A DNA stretch of 63,090 nucleotides, the filler included, from Octopus bimaculoides (lineage: Eukaryota), in the NCBI RefSeq assembly GCF_001194135.2. It is 3 parts of 3 records of this genome, joined end to end, with 100 filler letters (N's around TTAATTAATTAA, not from the genome) between each part and the next. Parts side by side here need not be neighbours in the genome. Positions count along the whole stretch, not along the records: positions 1 to 24,766 come from NC_068986.1; 2 more parts are not named here. One strand, written 5' to 3'. A program made the translations under genes and the position numbers. The notes below the pieces were generated by a model. The model was not told the DNA's origin. It worked only from the letters and a program-made list of their open reading frames with translations, and made no database searches. This document shows positions 1 to 11,642 of the stretch, one piece after another; positions within the stretch are counted from its first letter, which is position 1; each line of letters opens with the position of its first letter.

Positions 1-479
1 TGCCAGAGGGGTGGAGAGGAGGAAAATTAAAATTTCTAAAACATGTTTTTGAGGTTACTTTACCTCTGCCTCAATTTACATTAAATTATTACTTACGATT
101 AGCTAAGGCAAACAAGTAAAACGCAAATTCTTTTCACTTTAATGTTTTTGTATTTAATTTCGATTTGCATATATTCGTCAATTCGCTACGATCTCTTTGA
201 AGTAAACAAAATCAAAAATCTAAATAGGGGAGGGGGGGTAGATTGAATTTTTGTTTTGCATATTCATAATCTCCGACATCTAAAACGTAGGAATCCGAAA
301 AACATGCATTTTTCAACGGAAGTGCGAAACTGCATTGGCCCCTTATTAAACATTGCTTCTCATAAAATGGTGTATATTTAATTTACATCAAATATTTACG
401 GCAAACACAAATTCTTTTTATTTTAATGTTTTTGTCTGAGCTCCTTACGTAATATCCCTTATATTCTCAACAGACCAGT

Positions 480-1240
480 CACTAACAGATGGCGTGCTGG
501 AACGTTTTGCGTCCAATAAGCTGCTAGTCGCCTTAAACTGGTGATCGCAACGGCGGATGTTGTTTTTATTTGATGGCCCTTCATGAAACACGCGTCGCAA
601 GTTCCAATTTCGCAAGCCGAAAAATTGCATTCTCCAGACTGATGCTTGGCGTCAACCTCACGTGACTAGCTACGCGCACATCTCGCGTTTTCTTCATCCA
701 TCCGACTGGAGCATCGATTGTCTAAGGCAACAAATGGAAACTACATCGATCTGCACTAAACTGTACGTAGAGTTTATTAGTTGGTCTCATATTCAACATA
801 TGAAATATGTAGTGTTGAAAGTTACATCAATAAATAGCTTTGAAATCCCAGTATGACTTTATGGACACACTATATATAACATTCTGCTGGCAATACATTT
901 ACCAGTACATACGTGTAAGTCTAAAAATGATTTCTAGCTCTGGCACAATGCCACAAGTTGATGGAAATGGATAGTCGTCTGAATCGACCGACGCGCCTTT
1001 GGTTCTGAGTGCTACCGTCTTTGCAAACATGAGAATAATCATTGTTACTACCAAAAATAATTCCAATCTTTCGAAAGTGTGCATGGCTTTTAGTAAACTT
1101 TTTTTCGAATTTGTGTTCTACAAATTATTCGTACGCCCTACTGAAATTCTCAAACGTCTAAGGATAATTTGGGACATGCTTCGAGTAGAAATTCGGCGAT
1201 ACCACCAGTAATGCGCTCACGATTCGAATCGCTAATTTCG
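480..1240 (-). mobile_element. Possible decayed DNA-transposon (piggyBac-like) coding relic
   Basis: The ORF 899-1084 fragment ELFLVVTMIILM...CGIVPELEIIFRLTRM loosely recalls the piggyBac 'ELKAFIGLL...GVEIFRLTM' region. Many stops; no termini identified. Confidence 0.25.
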
Positions 1241-1708
1241 GTATTGCAAAATACCGTCTAACCACGAGCCAATGATGGATAGATACGATGTGATCGCTTA
1301 AACTGCTGGAAAGAGCAGTCAAATTTCCCAAAAGCTGTACATTTACGATACATTAGATAAGTGGATCCGAGGGGTATTGTAGCTTGGGAAAGAATCGGAG
1401 CTACTCATAAGTAGTACCGAAACGGGATGAGAAAATGTCTGCGGCTAAACAAAACCCCTTCATCTTATCCGCAACAAACAAGCTTTATCATAAATGATTT
1501 TAATAAAGGCAGTGGAATCTTTTCAATGACATCCGGGGCTGAAAAGATTAAAAATAAAAATAGCATTCATCTCTCGATAGATAATTAATATGCGAGATGA
1601 GTGCGGCCCATACTTGTTCGGCGCACACATTCCAAACAAGGCCGTTGCTATAAAAAGCAGAACCGCTCTTTTTCTCCATATTCACTCACCTTCCGTGATT
1701 GGTTATTT

Positions 1709-1787
1709 GGCGGAGGTAAAGAATACGTACACCACCCGTTTTCAGCGTAACACTAAACACCTGATGTGCGTATTCTTTACGCTTGCC
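1709..1787. repeat. ~80-bp hairpin mini-element (copy 1)
   Basis: Arms GTAAAGAATACGTACA / TGTGCGTATTCTTTAC. A close second copy is at 47667-47750. Confidence 0.75.
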
Positions 1788-3214
1788 GGTTATTTTGCAC
1801 TGCATTTATAATTTGCTCTTTTCTTCTTCATTAACGTCGTAGCAAACGCAGTACAATTGCCATATTAGGGAGGAAATTACTTCAGATACAATCGGAAGCA
1901 CGCCAAGCTTCAGTTAAAAGTAACATTTATAATTTTTCGCTGAAAACCTGAAAATTAATTCACAAAGATGTCCAAATAATTTCATCTGGAGTACTTCCAC
2001 CACGAAAAGAACCCATAAAATGCAGATAAATTTATAATTAAACGAGGATTGTTTGTTTTAACATGGCTGCGTATCAAGTAGCCATGTTAGTTCAGTTTTA
2101 TCTTCTTCACAGAAGCATTTTCCTGAAAACACTAGAACCAAAACTAATCTTGATTGATTAAATGAATAAAGAAAAAAAATCGATCATCATGAAGTTGTTT
2201 AGCTATTGAAAGAATTTTATTATCACTAATTCTAAACTCTTCAAATTACTAAGCAACATAAAGATTGCAGTTTAAAAAAAATGGTATGGATAATTTTCAC
2301 GATAGAAAAATTATCATTGAAAAATCTTATTCCTTTAGTTTTGAGAATTCTATTAGATTTTGCTGTCAGAGGAAATCGGGTTATAAGTTATAGAAATAGG
2401 CAAGTTGCTCAAAATATATCTTGGCACTCGATTCATTTCAAGTTTAGCNNNNNNNNNNNNNNNNNNNNNNNNNNNNNNNNNNNNNNNNNNNNNNNNNNNN
2501 NNNNNNNNNNNNNNNNNNNNNNNNNNNNNNNNNNNNNNNNNNNNNNNNNNNNNNNNNNNNNNNNNNNNNNNNNNNNNNNNNNNNNNNNNNNNNNNNNNNN
2601 NNNNNNNNNNNNNNNNNNNNNNNNNNNNNNNNNNNNNNNNNNNNNNNNNNNNNNNNNNNNNNNNNNNNNNNNNNNNNNNNNNNNNNNNNNNNNNNNNNNN
2701 NNNNNNNNNNNNNNNNNNNNNNAAATTAAATTTTTAAAAAATGAGAAAATTATTAAATTATTTCTGAGAGAATGAAAAGTTAAATCAGGTAACTCGAAAA
2801 ATTATGTGCCGTCATATACCTATAATTAAACCCCAACAAATTTTTTCTTCGAGTTAAACGGCACGCTTTTTTTTCAGCTAACGATTGTACAACTCAGATT
2901 TTTCTAGAAGAAACAAATGGAAGAAACTTTTTCAATAAGAGCATTTAAATTTAGTAACAAGTTGCATATTTTGACATGATCAGAAAATCTTTAAAAAAAA
3001 AAAAATGCTTACCCATGTTAGAATCGAAGAGCTAAAGTGAGGGCACTACAGAAGAAACAGTCAGTTTACTAATAATATCGCAAATGGTTACAATTGCTGC
3101 ACTGCTTTAAACAGTTGCCTACAACACTATAAACCATTCACGTGTGCCAATACGGGAGAGGGGGATACGGTATTTTTTTAATTATTATTATATTACGCTT
3201 TCTTTCTCTTAATC

Positions 3215-3550
3215 TTTGCTTTTTTCTCTCTTTCTTTCACATCTTTCCTTCTCTAGTCCTCACTCTATTTTCGTTTTTATTTTCCCGACCTTTACTTTCT
3301 CTCTCTATTACACTCCCGCTCATACTCTCACTTTATTACTCACCCTACTAAAATTCGTCCCACTCCTTTTATGCCCCCTCATTCTTTCTTTTAATATTTG
3401 CTTTTTTTTCTCTCTCTTTCTCTCATCTTCCCTTCTCTAGCCCTCTATTTTCGTTTTTATTTTCCCAACCTTACTTTCTCTCTCTATTACACTCCCGCTC
3501 ATACTCTCAGTTTATTACTCACCCTACTAAAATTCGTCCCACTCCTTTTG
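3215..3550 (+). repeat. Tandem duplication, 2 x ~180-bp pyrimidine-rich unit
   Basis: Both units contain ctctattttcgtttttattttccc...attacactcccgctcatactctca...ctactaaaattcgtcccactcctttt. Confidence 0.9.
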
Positions 3551-5062
3551 TCTCCTCTTTCCTCTCACTATCCCTTCCTCCCCACCAACGATTGCCGTCT
3601 TTGCGATGTTTTTCTCGCTGTTTTTTTAATAACTTCACTTTCGCCTTCTCAGCCAACGTGAGTAGGATAAACAGTTAAGGAGGAAGAGGAAGAGTACTAA
3701 TCAGTATTACTTGGGGAGTTAGTAGGGGGGGAGTAGATTGCTGCAGTGACATTTATTGTAGAGGGGAAACGAGATTTTGCTTGAATGCGAAGAATCATTA
3801 AAAAATGGTGATTAATACTATATTAGAATTAGAGATAATGATCTTTCTTTGACATTCGTTGTAATGTGGTTATAAGAAAAATGTTAAATTCTTGAACACT
3901 TTCTGTTCAGGTACAGAATCCCTAAAATTTATTTATAAGACAGTATAAATGGGAATGTGTAACGTTCATACCGTTCTCATAAATAAAATTAGAAAAAAGT
4001 GAAAAGGTTCCGACCATGAATCGTAAGTTTGATGATGTAAAAGTCATTCTTTTTAAATGCTTATAATGGGAGAAGAATTGACTCAATAGAGTATAACAGG
4101 ATCGAAACTCAGAGAATTGTAATGCATAACTAGTTCTATTAAATCTAAAAAGGGGTTCTTGTTAAATACGGTGCTAATCTTAAAAAAGTAGACGGGATCA
4201 AGAATCAAAACCAAGGAATAAATCTAAATCTAGTTTCGATTTCTGATTTCGGTCGTGATGCTAATAAGCTTGAATAACAATTTCTCTGAAGCTAAGTTGT
4301 TTTTAATCTACGTAAAGAATAAAAGGTGCATATATGAGCACTACTACTTCGAGATATAAAACTCTTTTTTTTTTTTACATGACATTTTAAAGGAGAAAGA
4401 AACGGGAAGTATAATGTTCACGCATTTCCCTTTTATTAGTGGCTTCTATTGAGAATTGAAACTATGTCACAATTTCATTTTCATTTGTCAACAAAAATAA
4501 AATCCTAACTCTAATCATCTCGCCGACCATATGAAATTACCTAGTGAGTTTTCCCGCCATAGCTATAGAGTTAATTGCTTGACCTGTCACTAAAAATTCA
4601 TTTCTTTCTTTCGCATTTACTTTAAATGAATCTCGTGTTATTGATATTTGTGAAAGAATATGTTTACGTATGCTTCTGAGTGTTTGTATGCGAATGTACA
4701 TAAGCAATTTTTTCAAAACTGGTTTGCACATTTTGTAGAGTTTATATAATTTATATATTTTCAAGCAAATATCTGAAATTTTAATGGATCGATATGGCTA
4801 TTACACGTATAGATTTGAACTTTTACGATGATACGATTGGGTGATACTGAACAGATTTATTCCTAAATTGACATTTTAGTTAATCAGGTTGCCCTCTTTA
4901 TTCTGAGATAAGTAGTGAAACTATTACTACAAAACAATTTTTTTTATAAAATTGGTTCCTGTTGCAGTATATTGACACAGTTCGGCAGATCAGGGCGCAG
5001 TAGCAATTGTTTTTATTTTGTGTGAAGATGGAATATTATACATATTTTTATTGGTCCAGATG

Positions 5063-5471
5063 GACTATATGTAATCTGAACCTTTCCCCCCTTATTATTA
5101 TTTTTTTTTTACGGAATCCCACGTTTTAGGCTATGGAGATTCCGATTCTGAAAAAAAATTTTCAAAAATCTCAATTTCAAAATTTCGATTCCCCCCCCCC
5201 CGGGTTTTATATAGATCCACAGGGTAAACCTAACCCTAACTCAAACCCTAACCCTAACCCTAACCGTACCCCTGACCCTAAACCTAACACTAGTTTTGTG
5301 AGATTTGGCTGTTATTTTTAGCATGTAAATAGCCTGCTTGGTGGGTGGGGGGAATTGAAATTTTTCAAACAATTTTTTTTTCAGAATCGGAATCTCCATT
5401 GCCTAAAACGTGGGATTCCGTAAAAAAAAATTAATAAATAAGGGGGGGAAAGGTTCAGATTACATATAGTC
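5063..5471. mobile_element. MITE-like foldback element with ~120-bp terminal inverted repeats and internal (TAACCC)-like repeats
   Basis: GACTATATGTAATCTGAACCTTTCCCCCCTT...GGAATCCCACGTTTTAGG is mirrored at 5380-5471. The core at 5225-5288 is a degenerate (TAACCC)n run. No ORF. Confidence 0.85.
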
Positions 5472-7811
5472 GGTCTCCGCCTTTTTATTTACTATCGTAA
5501 TGAAAACTACAAATATTTGTGACTTAGAAAATGTAAAACTGCCAAAATCAAGCGTATTTGCAGGGAATTTTCCGTTTAAGTTGAATAAAATGCTCTTTAT
5601 ACAACAATCATGCCAGCATTTCACCTTATCAACATTGCAACTGTACAATTCAAATTTGACAGAAGTAATTCTAATCACCGAACTTTCGTCTTTTTTTTTC
5701 TCCTCACGTAAATACTTTTAACTAGTGTATTAATTTTCACAATTTAGTCATTATCCTCCTGACCTAGCTTCATACTTTATGGGACTGTTCAAGAAACGAG
5801 ATAAACTATTTACGTTTGAAGTATCTAATATAACTGTTTCGTTTTTGTTTATATTTTCAAGATACAACTTTTAAAACGTGTGGTAAACATTAAATTCGTT
5901 AAAAGCTGGAGAGGAACAAAAGAACTGTTAAACTATGCCATTCATCGTCTAGGCAGCAATTCTCAGTGTGGTTGGAGCCATTTCACTCTTACATATTCAC
6001 ACTACCTGGAAAGGCATTAATGTTAGAAAACTTATCCTATTCCTTTGTCTTTCAAGCAGAAATTTCAGTTTTATGCCGAGATCTGTATAGTAAAAGCCGA
6101 CAACGTCCTGGTTAAAGCTATTTTCACCGACTTAAATCAGGATTGCCTTTGCACAGCTTTACATTGCCTTCCTTTGTTAATTTATATATAAGAAATCCTT
6201 AATATAGTTAAGACTCGGCAAATTTATATAGAGAGATGTATGCAGATTTCGGCATGTAGTTGGTATTTTTAACCAGCCAATTGACATTTGCATATAGAAC
6301 TAAAATGCTGTCCTGTTACGGTAAAATTGGGATCAGCAATAATGTACAGTATAAAAATCTATCTTAGCTTTCTTCAATTACCTAAACGAATAAATGAATG
6401 CAAAATAGGTAATTCAAAGGATCTCTCTTCTATTTTATTTTTGTTCTTGGTGTTTTTTTTTGTTTTTTTTTTCCAAATCAGTCTTCGAATTTCCATGTTT
6501 AGAACATCAGAAATTCCAATTATGCAAAATAGTTATGGATCCAGTTTAAATTTGTCAAAGAACGTATCCGATCTTATTCACCTACATTTATCTTCACTAG
6601 AAATGTAACTGCTCTGCATCAGCCGCAGTTGTGATAATGTGCAAAAGTTTCTCTATCCATTCGTGCTTATCAATTACAGTAGCGACTCCAAAAGTGTGTC
6701 TGACTCCGATACTAGATACCCTTGCTACGCAGCCTGCATGATACGTTGAACAGTACATGTTCGAGTGTTGCTATTTCTAACATTTCTGGTGGTGGTGGTG
6801 TGGTGGGGTGCTTCTTTCATATTTCCATCACTAATTGCTAAGAATAATCTGTTTCTTTCATATTTCCATCAGTAATAGATAAGGGTAATCTGTTTAAAGT
6901 TCACTCTTCATATTTGAACTCTGCTTCAATTGAAAATTCTGAATTGTTGGACTTTTTTTCTTTTATTTCTAATCTTTGCTACTGCTTCCATAAGCCATCT
7001 CTACATGTTCTCTTTAGTTGAAATTATTTTCACTTATAAAAACATTCTTGTTTTGATACATTAGGTAATTGGTATTTCAACTACATCCAGAAAGGTCATT
7101 CTAAGAACTATAGTCATATTGTACTTCAACACAAACTCTACTCTTCTGCACCCTGATTGTCCCTCACCTAAAATATACTTTAAGAAGGACTATCTTATAC
7201 TTGAATCCTCAGTTCGCTTCACCCATCTACATGGGTAAAACCTGGAACAAAGCTGGATAGAAATGTCTACCTTGCATGAATACGTGGTGCAACTGATTTA
7301 AATTTATATCAAATGCACATAATTGCTACATCAAAGGACACTAGTACAGTTATCCATGAGAAAAGTGTCATTAGAATTTAATGAGAATAATGCTTTAATA
7401 AATAACTGGAGCTACTTTGGCATGTGATCTACAACTTAAATGGTGATTACTTTAGTTTACTTTTCAATTTCTAAAAACCCTTCAGATGTTGGCTAAAGAT
7501 TTTTTTAGAGTAAATTATTTGTATATACCTAGCATTGTAAATGTATTTTTTCAAAATTCTTACTATTTTAATAATAATGATGGAACCATGTTTCATTTAT
7601 GTCCTAATAAATAATAAGAAGAAACCAAGAATAAACAATATAATAATTAAAATAAGTGGTGGTGTTGGAAAAAGATTATTGACAGTATGTGCACCCTTGT
7701 CAAGGCACATATGTGCCTGTGAGTATGTTTGTATATGTTCTGGTCAAACTCTTTGCTGAAATCTCAGGAAGTGGTGGTGGAAGAGCCAAAGGGGCATATA
7801 GGTATGACAGA

Positions 7812-7920
7812 ATATACTTCCTTTTATGTGGGTAAAGACTAAAAATTTAACTTCTGCTAAACATCTATCTAAAGAGCAGAAGTGAAATTTTTAGTCCTTC
7901 CCTCATGAAAGAAAGTATAA
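7812..7920. repeat. Imperfect inverted repeat, ~45-bp arms
   Basis: GACTAAAAATTTAACTTCTGCT - short loop - AGCAGAAGTGAAATTTTTAGTC, with looser pairing outside. Confidence 0.7.
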
Positions 7921-8168
7921 ATATATACAAACATTTTGTGAATCTGGGTGGAAGTGATTATGTAGAATTGCATACATTTCAGAGTAAGTACATGTGTAAT
8001 AGAGGTGCAAGAAAGACGAGTATTTTTTGAATATTTTTCAGATAGCTTAAAACATGTTTTGCACTGTTTCAGAGATACAATTGTATTTCCTATCTGAAAC
8101 TTACTCCCAATTCATTTAGTTTTAGATATGTATTAATGTGTGTGTGTTTGTGTACTTATATATCTATT

Positions 8169-8500
8169 TACTAGCAGTATAGCCCGGCTTTGCCAGGGAT
8201 TAAGTTGGGATTATTAAGCTAATCAAGTTCTTTATTTCAAACCAAACTAAGTAACATGACGTCAAATTTGGGCAGAATCAGTGTTGCAACTGGGGCGCAT
8301 GGGTTGGGAGTTTGATCAGCAGAGGTGATCAGGTTACACATGCCATCCCTTTGAAAACATCACCGCCATCATCTAACCCCTCTTTGCCCATGGGTTAGGA
8401 ACCCTTCCAGCAAGGAAAATAGAATGACCAAAAAGGCTCCCGATTCTCTGTCAGAAGCGGTTCTGTTCAGATCACAATAAAGTCTTAAGTATATATATAT
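8169..8500. mobile_element. Non-autonomous Helitron/Helentron-like element fragment
   Basis: Starts ACTAGCAGTATAGCCCGGCTTTGCCAGGG, similar to the terminus at 46681 and to remembered HINE-type ends. Confidence 0.35.
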
Positions 8501-9754
8501 ATGAGGACACGGATGTTACGTAAGTAAAACGTTAATGTTCGAAACTGCAGCAGTTCATAGATAATTTTTTATTCTGTATATTTCTCATTTTGTCCTGTTC
8601 TGACGTTTTGCGAAATTTTTCTGGAGAACATTATTTTTCTTTGTGGTTGGGTCGTTGATGACCTCTTTCTAGCATATCGGATGTCCACCTAGTGGTCATC
8701 CCTTATACACGTGTAATACAATTTTTTCTGAATTTTCAGATTTTTTATATGCTAGGCCACTTGGTTTTAAATTGAATTAATATTCATTTTATCATCCTAT
8801 CTATATAAATATATATATATATATATATATGAGCAACACACACAAACACACACGCACGTATGTACACCAATTGCATACATATTTTTTGTACGCATACATG
8901 TTCGGATGTGTGTGTGTTGTTCGTATATCAACAAAACACATACACACATCTTGCGTTACATATATATATGGATAAATGATTTAAAATAAATATATTTTGG
9001 AAATGGCGATTTACAGTACAATACCTAGAAACATGAAAATCAGACCACATGGGTTTGTTTACATCAATTTGGCAGTTTCCATAAAAAGTGTTGGGAAAGA
9101 GATAGAGAGAGCGCGCTCTGCCTCTCTATCTCTCTTCCTCCCTTACACACACATGCCAGTTATCTCTCTTTCTNNNNNNNNNNNNNNNNNNNNNNNNNNN
9201 NNNNNNNNNNNNNNNNNNNNNNNNNNNNNNNNNNNNNNNNNNNNNNNNNNNNNNNNNNNNNNNNNNNNNNNNNNNNNNNNNNNNNNNNNNNNNNNNNNNN
9301 NNNNNNNNNNNNNNNNNNNNNNNNNNNNNNNNNNNNNNNNNNNNNNNNNNNNNNTGGCATGTGTGTGTAAGGGAGGGAGAGAGAGAGAGAAGGTATTTTT
9401 TTCTTTTTGTTTGTTGCTTTGCTGCCTACCACACAGATGCTGGCAAACAAAATGTATCTCTCCTTCACCCTCCCTCTCACAAACATACAATTTCTCTCTT
9501 TCTCTCTCTCTCTCGCCTTCACGCGCGTACGCACAGATTTGACTTCGCCATGTCAACAAACTTCAAAATTCGTAAAAGTTTATCGATTTTTACAGCTATA
9601 CGCGGGTGCCTCTGAGAGAAAAAATTGGCCAAAATGCACATAAGTTCATGACATATCACCTCCTAAAATTGGAGTGACATGCGTGCTAATTTGTGTACGT
9701 GCATAAACCACATTCACGTACACACACACGCACACACACAAACATCCTCTCTTT

Positions 9755-10080
9755 TATATATATACAGATATAAAGCTGAGAATGTGTGTCTGTATGTGTG
9801 CATCACTAAAATTCGAGAAATACACAACGGATTTCATTCAAACTTTACACATGCCTTATTCAGGGTCCATGCAGTATCATAGGCCAAAAAATTTTCAACT
9901 TCTTGCCTAATGCAAGCCCAGAGTAATCTCTTATCTCTTACACTGTTTCCGTATTATGTGTCAAAAGTGAAACAATAACATCTCTATTAATACTTCCACT
10001 ATTATATGGTTTCAATTTCAATTACTTTCAGTATGTATCTATAAATATTAGTTTCATTTCTATTTAATTTCAATGTGTAT
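9755..10080. mobile_element. Helitron-like non-autonomous element end, same family as 46681-47440 (opposite orientation)
   Basis: aactttacacatgccttattcaggg and gtcaaaagtgaaacaataacatc match the reverse complement of 47340-47400 and 47140-47265. Confidence 0.55.
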
Positions 10081-10103
10081 TTCTGTACATGTTTGTATAT
10101 GTA

Positions 10104-10266
10104 TCATCATCATCATCATCGTTTAACGTCCGCCTTCCATGCTAACATAGATTGGACGATTTGACTGAGGACTGGCGAACCAGATGGCTGCACCAGGCTC
10201 CAATCTGATCTGGTAGAGTTTCTACGGCTGGATGCCCTTCCTAATGCTAACCACTCCGAGAGTGTA
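10104..10266 (-). mobile_element. RTE LINE 3' tail / RTE-derived SINE copy ending in (GAT)n
   Basis: catcatcatcgtttaacgtccgccttccatgct...ctacggctggatgcccttcctaatgctaaccac; at least 10 related copies occur in the window. Confidence 0.85.
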
Positions 10267-10269
10267 TGT

Positions 10270-11080
10270 ATATGTATATAGATATAACAGAATGTTTTCC
10301 CCCATAAGACAGTTAGAATCTCATATTCTACTCTCCCCAATATGGGTACCATCATATCAAGGTTAAATAGAAAGAATATAAAATTAGCAAGAGGTAATAA
10401 TAATATTACTGTCAACACTAATTTAAACCCTTACAATGAGAATAATAATATTAATGGTGTCATAGGAAATAGAAACAGTGGTATTGATGCTTCTAATATA
10501 TACAATATAGACTGTAGCTCCAAGGTCTATACTAGCACAGAGATTACTAATACGCCTGATGATGCTGGGATGAATTTGAATGATATTACAGTTGAAGGAT
10601 GGAGAGATAATAACAGATATGAAAATAATACATATGATAGTAGTAGTAGGATTAATAATGATAATAATGATATGAATATCAATAATACTAACAGTAGTAA
10701 TTCTCCTAGTTGCAATTGTAAAGTTAAATCCCACTCCATTATTAGGCTGATGTCTAATCCAAAACGTAATTTACAAATGTACAATCACAACTGTAGCTGG
10801 TAACTTTATATGTGTATATATAGGATGTTCAATAAATATGAAAAAAACATATTAATAACCATTTTTAATCTTTTAGGCTGAAACATAAAGCCACTTGTAT
10901 GTCTTTATCTAGCAAGATTTGGGAACTGAAGGAAAGCGCAGCCTTATAGAGATAGTCGATATGGGTGCGAGCTGTGATCTATGGAAACTTATGAGATTTT
11001 TAAGTATAGGGACAAGAACAACCTGATTAATAATAGATTAGACCTAAGGGTATCTTGCTTACATAGTGTCACCCATACAT
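10270..11080 (+). mobile_element. Penelope-like element remnant: linker plus GIY-YIG endonuclease (frameshifted)
   Basis: Across frames: TVRISYSTLPNMGTIISRLNRK...SCNCKVK, then NVIYKCTITT...VYIGCS, SLSSKIWELKE, and YEIFKYRDKNNLINNRLDLRVSCLH. These follow the Penelope ISYSxxPN / CNC / GIY-YIG / CxLC order. Confidence 0.8.
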
Positions 11081-11642
11081 TTAAATATTTTCGAAATTAG
11101 CATTTAAAGGTGCTATACTTGAACCTGGATGAGGGAAATTCATTTTTACTGTAGTATCTGATGTGCACTTACCCCCTAGTATTATATATAATAAAATGGA
11201 ATATTGAGTAATATGATGAATTAAAGTGCATTGCATATGTTATAAGCTTTATGGTATGGTATGTGGTACGCTACATATAGTTACTATCATATGAATAATC
11301 CTGCCTAGTTAGTCTTACTTCATGATTTTGGTGATTAAACTACTTCTTCCTTTCTATGATGTTCTACCATACTAATCATATGTATTTTGAATGGCTTTTA
11401 TTTAAGTAAGCCTCCTAATTATATACCCCTGTGAAACTATAATATCATGTATGTAATACCAAATAGCAAAGGTAACTTTATAACTTCTTAAATACCCCTT
11501 CAGTCTGAATACCTTCTACTGCCCTCACTACTACCATACCTATTGCTTCTTCTGTGAGGTTATCTTTATTTCTCCCCTTTACATGTATACATATATATGG
11601 TGGTTGTCTATTCCTTATGAAGAGTTTGACCACCTCCTGTAC

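Noticed and set aside
6597-6758. 53-aa minus-strand ORF containing RHTFGVATVIDKHEWIEKLL, reminiscent of a PH-domain C-terminal helix
   Set aside because: No polypyrimidine acceptor and an in-frame stop just upstream. It equally resembles a retroelement 'ATVIxDKxxYIEKL' segment.
10342-10803. Asn-rich 153-aa ORF as an orphan gene with an N-terminal MG
   Set aside because: Flanked in frame by ISYSTLPN and followed by CNC and GIY-YIG motifs, so it is a Penelope linker.
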